A DNA stretch of 64,000 nucleotides from Eledone cirrhosa. Taxonomy: Eukaryota. The position numbers were made by a program, and so were the translations under genes. How positions within the stretch are numbered: the first letter of the stretch is position 1; the number at the start of each line of letters is the position of its first letter. The notes under the pieces are model-generated. The model did no database searches, was not told where the DNA came from, and was given only the letters and a program-made list of their open reading frames with translations. Positions 51,718 through 64,000 of the stretch are shown here, in pieces. The DNA lies in contig OZ024748.1 in assembly GCA_964016885.1 (NCBI GenBank), positions 52,018,001-52,082,000 on the forward strand. Reading direction: 5' to 3'.

Positions 51718-52002
51718 TATGCTTGAGTCAGCATAAAACTAGTTATGTATAGTTATTATACATATATGTTATGGTTTTTCAATGAGTTATCTGTTATTGT
51801 TGTTTTTATATGTTCAAACACATACAAAACTGTCTATTTGAATTATAAAGATTGTTAACAAATTCAAATTATTACCAGATTTTTTTTTCACCTACAGATA
51901 AATAATATTTATGTGTGCCAGGATGTGTTTTTATAGGCATATATATATGTAGGTATTTATGTGTGTGCACATGTGACTGTGTGCATGAGTCTGTGAAAAA
52001 CG

Positions 52003-52041
<39 letters not shown>

Positions 52042-52254
52042 GTATGCATATATATATGTATATGTATGCATATATATGCATATATATATGTATGCATATA
52101 TATATATGTATATATATGTATGCATATATATGTATATATATGTATGCATATATATGTATATATATATGTATACATATATATGTATGCATATATATATATG
52201 TATGCATATATATATATGTATATATATGTATGTATATATATATGTATATATATG

Positions 52255-52375
<121 letters not shown>

Positions 52376-52381
52376 ATATAT

Positions 52382-52445
<64 letters not shown>

Positions 52446-52458
52446 GTATATATATATA

Positions 52459-52799
52459 TATTGTTATACTTGGGGAGGGTCATATTGTTGTAATAATATT
52501 GCCAGAATTAATAACAGAACACACGCACTGTTTGGTTGGTTTTCGCTTCTGTATCTTTTATATCAGTTAATTTATTCAGTACACATATATATATAGTCTA
52601 TGTTAGACTATATATATGTGTTTGTGTCTATATTATATCTGTATTTTTGACCGTTGGTCAGTCAATGTTAAACATTGAGGACCGAATAAATTAACTGATA
52701 TAAAAGATACAGAAGCAAAAACCAACCAAACAGTGTGTTCCGTTATTAATTCTGGCAATATTATTACAACAATATGACCCTCCCAAAGTATAACAATAT
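52459..52799. mobile_element. Inverted pair of family D-like 3' ends (about 120-bp arms)
   Basis: 52459-52580 is the reverse complement of 52681-52799; terminus GACCCTCCCAAAGTATAACAATA shared with family D. Confidence 0.7.
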
Positions 52800-52837
52800 T
52801 TATTTCGACACACGATTTCATATCAAAAACCTCGCAA

Positions 52838-52897
<60 letters not shown>

Positions 52898-53022
52898 TAT
52901 GTATATAAATATATATATATATATATTTGCTCTACGGTTCTTATATATTTGATATATATTTAGCCTTATCGAGCCCTCTTTGGATTTTAGTCTTCAAATT
53001 TATTATTATTACTAGCCGTCGA

Positions 53023-53058
53023 AACGGCTTGAGCTCAGCTGTCGGGGTCTTACTGGTT

Positions 53059-53062
<4 letters not shown>
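53023..53062 (+). mobile_element. Family C fragment
   Basis: TAGCCGTCGAAACGGCTTGAGCTCAGCTGTCGGGGTC..TTCC-(TA)n; a similar fragment lies at about 3945-3997. Confidence 0.6.
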
Positions 53063-53104
<42 letters not shown>

Positions 53105-53434
53105 TATATATCACATATTTACATATTTATGGTCAGAGGCACATACACCTACTAATATACAAGAAGAATATCAACATAAAAACAATATACATTACCTATG
53201 AATACATAGATGCAGGCATGAGTGAATGATGCATCTATGTGCACATATGTGCATACACAAGTACCATACATGACAGTCAGTCTGCTGACTTATAGACCAG
53301 AAGACTGCTTTTACTTTTCTTATTCTCATTTTTTGTGTTTTATTCTGTTATTTTATTTTTCTCTTGTTCATAATTCTGTGTACATTTATGCATGTAAGTG
53401 TATATATATATGCATGTATGTATCTATGTATGTG

Positions 53435-53486
<52 letters not shown>

Positions 53487-53536
53487 CATAGATACATATA
53501 TACATGCATATAAATATATATACACATACATACGTA

Positions 53537-53632
<96 letters not shown>

Positions 53633-53708
53633 AATATATATATATATATACACACACAAATATATTTTAAATACATCCAAATATATATAAATAAAATACA
53701 GCTATTGA

Positions 53709-53740
<32 letters not shown>

Positions 53741-54191
53741 TGTATGTGTGTGTATATATATATATAATTATAAACATTAATCTATGTATGTGTCTAGGTA
53801 TGTAGGTAAGTATGAATGAACGTAAATGTGTATTTATGTGTGTATATATGTAAGTGCGTCTATGAATGTATGTATGTGTGTATGTATATATGTATGGGTG
53901 TGTATATATATGTATATATGTATGTGTGTATTTATGTGTATATATGTATATGCGTATATATGTATGTATGTGTGTATGTATGTAAACAATTTTTTGTCTC
54001 AATAATTTATGAGTTCTTTTTCTTCCCCAAATTATATTTTAATTTATTTAATCTCTCCTCCTGCCACCCTCCATTTTATCTCTCCCCCATCCCTTGCTCT
54101 CTCCATCCTCTCAGTCACCTCTTTTGCTCCTCTCTCTTTTCGTAACCCTCTTTTTTTCTTTTGCTCTACGTCTAACATCTTTGGGAGTATA

Positions 54192-54222
<31 letters not shown>

Positions 54223-54419
54223 CAACTTGAGGCTACTATTAAAATTCATAATCAAATTTTTGAAAATATAAACACGAAATTGAATTGCAGAAATATATTT
54301 GGAAATGAAAATTTAATTGTAGTAACTATATATCCCGAATAAAATTCTATATACATGACTAGCAACAACGACCATAACAACAACTACAACAAAATATCAA
54401 ACAGTAATAATGATGGTGA

Positions 54420-54423
54420 TAAC

Positions 54424-54482
<59 letters not shown>

Positions 54483-54490
54483 TAATAATA
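54420..54490. repeat. (AAT)n microsatellite
   Basis: Direct reading. Confidence 0.95.
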
Positions 54491-54653
54491 TTGATGATGA
54501 ATTAAAATAAATTACAATACAGTAGAATAAAACATTTTTTTCTTGAAAATTCATCAGGAATTTGCTGGGTATAAATCATGTGTGTTTTGTTTTTGTTATC
54601 TTTTTTCAACTCACTCTCCCTCTCTTTCTCCTCTCGCCCTCTCTTTTATCTTT

Positions 54654-54719
<66 letters not shown>

Positions 54720-55097
54720 CTTTGATAAGAAATATATGCATATATAAAGAATCTTTGAGAAGATTTATATACACACACATATATATATTTATGTATACAT
54801 ATGAAAAATAAAAAATATATATATATATATATACACATACATACATATGTTTAGAGAAGAAATACATACATATGTATGTACACATATACATATATATAAA
54901 TCTTTTGTATGCATAAAGAATCTTACTTGTATATGTATTAATATAATATATGTGTGTGTTGTTTCTTTTGAAAGATACTTATATAAAACTGATTGCATAT
55001 TTCTTTTCATAATTCTTATATTACATATATACATACATACATTATATATATATACTCTGTAAAAATTGCCTCCTGTGTTTTGTTTGTTTCATTTATC

Positions 55098-55169
<72 letters not shown>

Positions 55170-55781
55170 ATACATCTTTTCAAATTTTCATTGGAAAAAA
55201 TTAAGAAACTGTTTTTGTGTTTTGTTTAAAAGCAAAAACTTTGAAGTAATGATAATGTTGATGTTGATGATGATGTTTGTAATAATGATGGTGATGACTC
55301 TGCTGGTGATGTTGGTGGTGTTAATGGCAGATGATGAGGTGGGTATCGTGTTGCAATTGATGATGAAAAATGAATGCATAAATAAGGTGCCTATGGGAGG
55401 GTGAAAAGAAAAGGAATATATATTAAATATATATACATAAAAACCACTCATATATATTCCTCTGCCATCATAATACAATTTTTAGCATTAATTTTATATT
55501 TTGAATAAATAGGTAGACGTGTATACACATGCACACACGCTTAGATATTAAAAATAATGAGAATTCAGTAATAATTATATAAAAATTTCTGCAAACCAAT
55601 TTATAATTGGTTCAAAAGTGTTCCTGTTTTTTAAATATTTTTTTAACTGTGTCGAAGCATTTACACATATTTACAGCAACGTTTGCTCACTTAGATATGA
55701 AATTAAATGCTCTCTTTTACTCCAAACATGTGTGTGTGCACGTGTGTGTGCATGTGTGTGTAATATATGCATGTATATATA

Positions 55782-55824
<43 letters not shown>

Positions 55825-55875
55825 TATACAATACACACACAATATACATATTATATACATGTATACAATATATAT

Positions 55876-55913
<38 letters not shown>

Positions 55914-55950
55914 CAATGCAAGAGTGGAAAAATGGATGTTAAACAGTGAT

Positions 55951-55985
<35 letters not shown>

Positions 55986-55986
<1 letters not shown>

Positions 55987-56093
55987 ACGAAGGAAATGTG
56001 GTAAGGAACCAAGTGGACCATAACGCACCAAAGTACTCAATACTTAGGGTAGTAGAGTGGGTAATAGGAACGAGTGGGTCCTACTCGTTCCTA
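55986..56093. mobile_element. Family C element: tail + minimal hairpin
   Basis: Same 80-nt tail, then TAGGAACGAGT-gggtcct-ACTCGTTCCTA. Confidence 0.8.
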
Positions 56094-56396
56094 TATATAT
56101 ATATATATATACCCATGCAGGCAGCTATTCAAAAGAAGCCTGTGTAAAGTGTGATCAGATCCAGAACTATATGGTAATGAAGTAGTGTAATTCTTGATAA
56201 TAGCACACAAAACATTATGTATTTAAGTTCATTTTCCCTACAGGTGCAGAGATCTATTTTTGAAGGCCTTCATACAAACCTCTTTGTGACAGATTTATAT
56301 AGGCATGCCCTTTGCATGTTTAGCATCAGCCAGGGATTCAGTGAACCTATTTTTTACAGGATATAAACCAATAATCTAGTGCATACACACATATAA

Positions 56397-56432
<36 letters not shown>

Positions 56433-56556
56433 GATTCCTGAAGTATATCAGGAGGTAACCATAGTTAATAAAGGTACTTAATACATTATTTATCAGTGTA
56501 GAGGCATCTCTATTTTATTATAGAAATCATTTCTAATCTTGTGGAAGTCATTTGTA

Positions 56557-56741
56557 ATAATTGTTTCTACGTTAGGCACAAGGCCAGCAATTACCCAGTG
56601 TATTACTGGTACTTTATTTTATCGACCTCGTAAGGATGAAAAGCAAAGTTAACCTCGGCGGGATTTGAACTCAGACCATAAAGGGACAGAACTGTGCTGC
56701 AAAGCATGGCGTCCGGCCCTCTACCGATGCTGCCAATCCAC
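56557..56741 (-). mobile_element. SINE family A
   Basis: Reverse complement of the consensus. Confidence 0.9.
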
Positions 56742-56849
56742 AATATATGTTGAATAACTGAGGTCAAAAGAAATTGACTTGCTGTTTGACAATAATCCCA
56801 GTTAAAACATCTATATTGTCTGAGTGTAAAAAAAAATCATGGTTTCTGG

Positions 56850-57045
56850 TTTAGTCAGAAGGGCAACCATTTTTGAGGAGGGGAAAGTCGATTATATCAA
56901 CTCCAGTATATCATTGGTAATAGACATGTAAGGATGAAAGGCAAAGCTAACCTCAACGGGATTTGAACTCAGAACATAAATAACTGAACAAATACTGCTA
57001 AGTATTTATTCAGTACTGTAACAACTCTGTCAATCTACCACATTT
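56850..57045 (-). mobile_element. Older SINE related to family A
   Basis: AGGATGAAAGGCAAAGCTAACCTCAACGGGATTTGAACTCAGAAC. Confidence 0.7.
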
Positions 57046-57059
57046 GGTTGCCAAATAAT

Positions 57060-57408
57060 GATCATCATCATCATCATCATCACCACTTTACGTCCGCTTT
57101 TCCCTGCTTGTAAGGGTGGGATGGGAACTGATTCTGGCTTGATTTCTACAGCTGGATGCCCTTCCTAACACCAACCTCATTTACAGTGTGGGCTGGGTGC
57201 TTTTTTGCCGTGGCACCTCCACGACCACTTTACAGTGGAATGATATGGACCCCAGTCCCTATCATCTCATTTCTACAGCTGAGTAAACTGGAGCAATGTG
57301 AAATAAAGTGTCTTGCTCAAGGAAACAACACATCACCCGGTCTGAGAATTGAACTCAACCTTTCGACTGTAAGGCCAATGCTCTAACCACTAAGCCACGT
57401 GCCTCCAA
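57060..57408 (-). mobile_element. SINE family B, full length
   Basis: Reverse complement of 30078-30424. Confidence 0.92.
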
Positions 57409-57420
57409 TGAAAATTATAA

Positions 57421-57785
57421 TAATTGTTTCTACTTTTGGCACAAGGCCAGCAAATACCCAGTACATTACTGGTACTTTATTCTATCGACCCCGTAAGGAT
57501 GAAAGGCAAAGTTAACCTCGGCGGGATTTGAATTCAGACCGTAAAGGGACGTAACTATGCTGGAAAACATGGCGTCCGACTCTCTACCGATACTGCCAAT
57601 CCACCACCCTAACATGACGTCCGACCCTCTACCAATACTGCCAATGCACAAAGCTAACAATTTTGGGTGAAGAGAAAGTTGATTAAATCAACCCCAGTGT
57701 GTTACTGGTACTTTATTTTAACGACCCCCGTAAGAATGAAAGGTAAAGCTGACCTCGGTGGGATTTGAACTCAGAACATAAAGAG
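57421..57785 (-). mobile_element. SINE family A copy, duplicated head piece, and an older SINE
   Basis: 57421-57610 full copy; about 57612-57645 repeats the head; about 57645-57785 is an older subfamily. Confidence 0.85.
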
Positions 57786-58303
57786 GTAATAATTTCTAAA
57801 GAAAAAGAAGAGGTAGAGGAGAAGGAAGTGGAGAGTGAATAGCAATTAAAATTCTCTTTCTTGTCCTTAGAAACCCTTCAAGTGACCCCCCATGTCTCAG
57901 ACTCCCATCAACCTCCCACACTGAATGCTGTTCACTTGCTGAGCTTTGACAAAGTGTCTATTTAGCATGAATTAAAATTGGAGGGTCTCCACAGTATAAA
58001 TATATTACTAAGGACAGATACATGTGTGTGTGGGGGGGGGGATAAGACAGAGATGGACTGAATGAGAGTGGGGGGAGTTGAAACAAGGACAAATAAATGA
58101 AGAAAACGAAAGAAGGTAAAGGAAATAAAGATAAAATATATGCACATATATATATATATTTATATATAAAATATATAAATGTATACATATAAGATATATA
58201 AAATTATATATATATATATATGTATGTATATATATATGTATATATATATATGTGTGTGTATATATGTGTGTATATATATATATATAAAATATATATATGT
58301 ATG

Positions 58304-58337
<34 letters not shown>

Positions 58338-58340
58338 CAT

Positions 58341-58371
<31 letters not shown>

Positions 58372-58424
58372 TGTATTTTATATATATTTATAATATATAA
58401 ACATATATATATACGTTTATATAT

Positions 58425-58465
<41 letters not shown>

Positions 58466-59199
58466 TAAATGTATATATATATATATGGTTATATATTTTA
58501 TGTATATATAAAATATATAAACGTATTTATATATATATATATCATATATAAACGTATATAGATATCTATAGAGATAGATAAAGATAGATATACAGAGAAG
58601 ATAGGGAACATAAAGTATATTGGGAGTTGTGATTGTTGGCAGAAATTATAGGGATAACTGATATGTTTAGAGGGTTTTTTAGGTTGTTTACTAAGGCAGC
58701 TTTTTTTAAGGGTCTGAGAAAGATGCATATAAATGATACCTAAGTAGGAGTTATGTTTTGAGTCACAGGTGCAAGTGAAACTACTGAGGTCAAACCAAAC
58801 TATAAGGGGGCCAGTTTTCTAGTGCAAACAAACTAAATAGGGATACATTTCACAAAGAAAAGAAAAAAATACTGTACAACAGCCATGTTATTTTTATTTA
58901 AGTTTCAAATGTGCAATTTCAATTGAATATATGCATATATATATGCACACACACACACATACATACACACATGTATATATATATATATATAAGACCCGTC
59001 CTACCCTTGCAAACAGGAAAAAGCGGACGTAAAATGATGATGATGATGATGATGATATAATGTATGTGTGTATATGTAGGGAGAGGGAGAAAAACATATA
59101 GAGAGAGGAATGGTGATAGAAACAATTATATGCATTTAGGTGTAAACGTATAAATTCATTAGTATACCCCTCCTCCCAATACACATGCATATCTGTATA

Positions 59200-60222
59200 T
59201 ATCATCATCATCACTGTTTAATATCAATTTTCCATGCTAGCATGGGTTGGATGGGTTCTTTCCGGAACAGTATCTCTCTTATCATCTCAGTCCTTCATCA
59301 TCTCTTATGTAAGATTCAGTTATATAAGATCAGCTTTGACAACCTCTGCCCAAGTCTTCCTTGGTCACCGTTCCTTACCACTGGAATTTCTTGTCTCTTC
59401 TTCAACCAACACTCATCATCCAAACACATCACATGTCCATACCAGTCCAGTTATCTCTCCTACTCACTCAATCTAATACCTCTTTTATCCTGCCTCTCTC
59501 TCAGGTCATCAATGCTTTGCCTTTCACATCTATTGCACATTCATTGCAGTATGTTTCATTTCTCTCCAGACTTCACATATCTTCCATGTTCACAGCCAAT
59601 ATCTAACTACCATGCAACATCACACTTCATAAACAAGCATCATACAGCCAGCCTTTCAGAGAGAGAAGCCCTTTGCTGTCAACAGAGGTAGCAGCTCTCT
59701 GAACATTTTTATTCTGTTCTTACTCTATTATGCTCTGCCCCCCTCCACAACTAATTCTATAACCTAGATAACAAAAGCTATCAACTACTTGTATGGAGCT
59801 CTCCTGGGATTGGAAAACATTTATTTTAGTTATGCTCTTACTAACTGTCCTTGTGCATTTTCCACAAACAAAGTTTACCTTTTCTGTTAGTCTGCTTACT
59901 ATACCACTACACCTGTTGTGTCCCAAATATTTACATTGAGTGCATCATTTAGAATTACTACCAACTCCTTTTAATCAGAGCCACTTTCCTGGTGGGATCA
60001 GACTCTTGTATTCTTTTCCTCTTACCAGAACTTTAGTTTTTCACACGTTTACTCTGAGCAATTTTGATTCTAAGTTCTGTTTCCAAAGCCAGGATTTCTT
60101 CTTTAGTTCTTCCACAGATTTGGCTATTAGAACCAGGTTGTTGGCATACAGCAGTTCCCTTGAGTAACCTGTCTTAAACTTCTCTGTTATGGTCTGCAGA
60201 ACTATGATAAACAAGAGTGGTC
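59200..60222 (-). mobile_element. Decayed RTE LINE (RT C-terminal half to tail)
   Basis: PLLFIIVLQ..ELLYANNLVLIA (YADD-like), VVDSFCYLG..CGGG, UTR CCCATGCTAGCATGGAAAA and (GAT)n tail. Confidence 0.85.
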
Positions 60223-60574
60223 TGTGTATATATATATATATATATTTACATATATGAAGTACGTGAATTTGTATATCTGGTGATATGCAGTATGTTTATA
60301 AATAATCATTTTGAAAGCTTTCAGTTATAAATCTGGAAACTGATGGTGTAGCACCATCTAGTGTGTTCCAGCAGAAGCTAAGGACAGGTAACTAACAACA
60401 ATGACATCATGGTTTCTGACTCTAGTCATTCTCAAGCTCCTTACCCCACTTGCTGCTGGAATTCAATATAGGGGAAAACATAGTTTAGATGCCTGTATAC
60501 ATGGGCTGATTAGCCTCATTTGCATATAAAGCTATCAGCTGGCTTCCATCAAGATGGAGTAAACAGAATAAGGC

Positions 60575-60748
60575 CTGAAGAAAGAGGAGACACAGAGAAG
60601 AACAAAAAGTCATTGAGGAGGTCACATAATGTGTGGTAAAAGAGTTTTTCACAAAAAATAACCAATTACTAATAACTGAGCTAAAGTGAAAATAAATTAG
60701 TGCATGTGTTTTTACTGGGAAAATTACGATTTCCAAATATAACAATAT
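60575..60748 (+). mobile_element. Family D element, decayed
   Basis: GTCATTGAGGAGGTCACATAATGTGTGG..; ends TCCAAATATAACAATA. Confidence 0.6.
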
Positions 60749-61192
60749 CTGTTTCAACACAGAATTTTATCAAGAAACTTTCAAAAGTTTGTTAAATCAA
60801 ATGTTCATAGCTTTATTGATACTTGACAGGTTATTGAGAAAATGTGCAGCAATAAAGCAATAACTTTAATTTTTAATGTGATGCAGTCATAGTTACATTT
60901 TTGTCCATTTTGAGAAAGTGATGATGATGCAGTTTCGTGATGTTCCAGAGATTAAGAGATAAACATTCTCAGTAAGATAAAACCATGGTGGGTCTGGTAG
61001 TTTAAACAATTGTAATTATAAAGAGGCAAGGAAAAAATCTGATGTTTCTAAATTAGTAATTTTATCAAGAAAAAGATAGTTCTTTGTGCTGCATATGAAA
61101 TACAGGGTGTATCACAATGACTCATCCAATTTCAAAAGGCTACATATTTAAAACAAGTGACCATATAATGATGTGTTAACTTGCACAATGTT

Positions 61193-61695
61193 GAGGCATG
61201 TGGCCTAGTGGCAAGGGTGTTGGACTTATGATCATAATGTCGTGGGTTCGATTCCTGGGTTATTTGTTGTGTTCTTGAGCAAAACACTTCAGTTCACGTT
61301 GCTCCAGTATACTCAGCTGAAAATGATTATCTGCAATAGCTGGGGGTTTAACCCTGTGATGGACTGGTGTCCTGTCTTGTAGGGAGTCTTGTATTCTCAG
61401 TCATTTCATGCCATAAAACTGGGATAAGCACTGGCCAAATGAGCCTTCTGGCTTAACCCTTTAATGTTCAAACCGGCCAAAACCGGCTAGAATTCTCTAC
61501 CTTTTTCTGTTGAAACTGGCTGTAACTGGTCACTCAAACTGATGTTAAGGTATTGTTCTCAAAAGAAATACTTCCAAAATTTCATAGATTCGATATGTGA
61601 GATAATTATGTGAGGTAAAGCCTTTACCATGAAAATATAATAGTTTCTATAGAGTAATGTGAATGCTAAAGGGTTAAGACAGACTTTAGACTTTT
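61193..61695 (+). mobile_element. tRNA-derived SINE (distinct tail), interrupted by a piggyBac MITE
   Basis: TGGCCTAGTGG A-box, GGTTCGATTCC B-box, TCTTGAGCAAAACACTT core; TTAACTTGCAC at 61176-61186 and 61696-61706. Confidence 0.8.
61453..61677 (+). mobile_element. piggyBac-type MITE
   Basis: TTAA-CCCTTTAATGTTCA...TGAATGCTAAAGGG-TTAA; same family as 28253-28480. Confidence 0.9.
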
Positions 61696-61859
61696 TTAAC
61701 TTGCACTATACATGCCTAAATATAAAGATTTATATACAATTTTTACAAATGCTCACTATGCCCTCCTTTGGACACATAACATACATCTACATCCCATACT
61801 TGAGTGAGTATGTCTAGTGATTTTTTTTTATACACCCTGTACATTCAGAAATAGGGGTA

Positions 61860-62082
61860 ATAACCCTTTTTGTCGCCATATTTCTCTGTAAATACACTGT
61901 ATTTCAGTTAATTAAGAATTTGGAGAGATCTACGAAGATTATTAATCATTTCATTATTAAGATAGTACTTATAACGTAACTTAATAAATTATGGTGAAGA
62001 TAAATTATGGTGAAGATTTTAATTTAGATAAGAACTCTTTAAAATAGATGGTTTGGGGGCAGGTTGGTATGAAAAGGGTTAA
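61860..62082. mobile_element. Second, older piggyBac-type MITE
   Basis: ATAA-CCCTTTT ... AAAAGGG-TTAA termini. Confidence 0.55.
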
Positions 62083-62864
62083 AGGGGCGAAAAGTAGTTA
62101 GGGCAGTTGAAAATGGTTTCTGAGTTGAGGAGAATGAAGATGAGTGTATGATATATACTCAACAATAAGAATGGTCAGCAGCAACAATGTGTGTGTCTGT
62201 GTGTGAGTGAAGGAAGTGAGAGAGAGAGAGAGAGAGAGCAGAGACTTAAAAGGTAGCAGGAGCGCTGTTTTAACTAGAGGACTCTACTCAGGGAAGGGGC
62301 CTCTATTTTGAGAAGTAAGGGGGCAGTTTGATGAGGGGAGGGGAGAAAGGCATTTGCTCCCGCCACCCCCTGATAAATCTGGCCTTGAGCAAGTATGCTC
62401 ATGAAAGCAGAGATCCAAGTGTCAGCCAGTTTCCCCTGTATGCAGTATATCGCATGGTTGGCAGTCAGTATAGAATATTGGGGTATATAAAACTAGGATC
62501 AGGTGGAGATTCCAAGGTTGGGTTGCTAATAAAGATGAGGGAATTAATGACTCGGAGGTCAACTCGAAGGTTTTGGTCACATTTCAAGTCAATAGATATG
62601 AGTGTAGAGATGATGGGAACCTAAGCTAGATTACTGGGGGAGAAGTGTGTGGTTATCACTAGAAGAAGAGATGTGAAGGAAAGTTGATAGGGGTGTCAGA
62701 ATTGGTGCAACTGAATTTGAAAATACAGATGGATCGAATTAATGAAGAAAAGGAAGGAGGTGAGTTGCTTATGAATAAAATGACAGTGGTTCAGGAGTTA
62801 ATATAATGATATAGAGACTCAGTGTGATTGTATCTATACAGTCAGACGTTCTTTTAGGATCTGT

Positions 62865-63270
62865 CAAACAACAGTGTAATACATCAACACAGCAGTACAC
62901 AACAACAGTATACAACATAACACCACAAGACTGCAGTACAACACAACAGTATACAACATAACACCACAACACAGCTGTACAGCAGTACAACACAACAACA
63001 CAACAGTATACAACATAACACCACAACAACACCATAACACAACACAACACGTCCATAACACAACACAACAACACAACAACATCATTACACAACACAACAC
63101 CGCCGTAACACAACACAACAACAGCAACACAACGCCACCATAACACAACACAGCAACAGCAACACAAGACAACAAAGCAACAGCAACACAACACCAACAC
63201 AACAACAAGAAGACAACACCACTATAATACAACACAACAGAGAAACAGCACCAAACTACAACAGTACACA
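62865..63270. repeat. (ACA/CAA)-rich low-complexity tract
   Basis: Direct reading; includes recurring ACAGTATACAACATAACACCACAA. Confidence 0.9.
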
Positions 63271-64000
63271 AGAAGAAAATATTCTTCTCACTTTGCTATG
63301 ACAGAATAAACTCAGACTTATGCAGCCATACTTAATCAGGAATCAATTGAACAACAAAAGAGACCATAAAAGTGGATTATAGGATTATAGAAAACTAATC
63401 CAAATAGACGGATTGATTTCAGAAATATTGCCTAGTCTACTGCTGCTTGATATCTCAAGATTACAAAGCTTATAGATCACAATTGATGCGATGTGCGGAT
63501 TGTTGGATCCAATTTTAACAGCTTCTCATTGCTTAATCATTCTAAAGAGAATAATGGGATTCCAGTAAAATTGATTTAGCAAAGTTATATTTGTGTAGGA
63601 GGGTATAATTTGTGTAGATATATGTGTGAGTATGAGCTATGACAAACTGGTTTGAAAGAATATTTTTAATACAGTGTCTATCCAAATTTTTAGAATAAGT
63701 ACACCATGGCCTCCTTTTGTGCCAGAAGAAGGTACTAAAACGGATCTCTTCCAGAACAGCATGTGGCTGTAAAACATTGGTTCAAAAGTCTAACCCATGC
63801 CTGCATTTAGGAAATAATCCAGAGTTTGGAAGAATTTAGTAATCACTAAAAAGCAACTGAATGAACTCAACTACCAAATCAGCCATCTTGGTTTGAGAGT
63901 GAAAAGTTGATCTATGGTTGTTAAATCTATAAAAAGTAAAGGTCATGCCTATGAGAAGTTAACTGAATTTTGAATATAAGATTTACACTTGTGACATAAA

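Larger units (their letters stand above)
61101..61841. mobile_element. Tc1/mariner-type MITE hosting nested insertions
   Basis: TA-CAGGGTGTA ... TACACCCTG-TA termini. Confidence 0.7.

Noticed and set aside
56243-56366. Acceptor-like TTTCCCTACAG followed by a 40-codon open frame
   Set aside because: No recognisable homology and no partner exons

Overview
An AT-rich, repeat-saturated animal genomic window with no host protein-coding exon that I can support. The SINE, RTE and (TA)n content suggests a cephalopod (octopus-like) genome; this is inference. Nearly all ORFs in the supplied track are translations of micro- or minisatellites. Recognisable content: two decayed Penelope-like retroelements (RT plus GIY-YIG), several RTE-clade LINE remnants, a DD37D (maT-type) Tc1/mariner remnant, piggyBac- and Tc1/pogo-type MITEs, about 25 tRNA-derived SINE copies or fragments, and a 3.3-kb 51-bp satellite derived from an RTE coding segment. 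The main hidden signal is a dense set of type I hammerhead ribozyme motifs (CUGANGA/GAAA/UH with pairing stems). About a dozen have intact cores and several more are decayed, from roughly seven sequence families. They sit in short Penelope-type elements embedded in (TA)n tracts, and several share a 'tail + hairpin' architecture. All motifs were folded by eye and coordinates may be off by a few bases.
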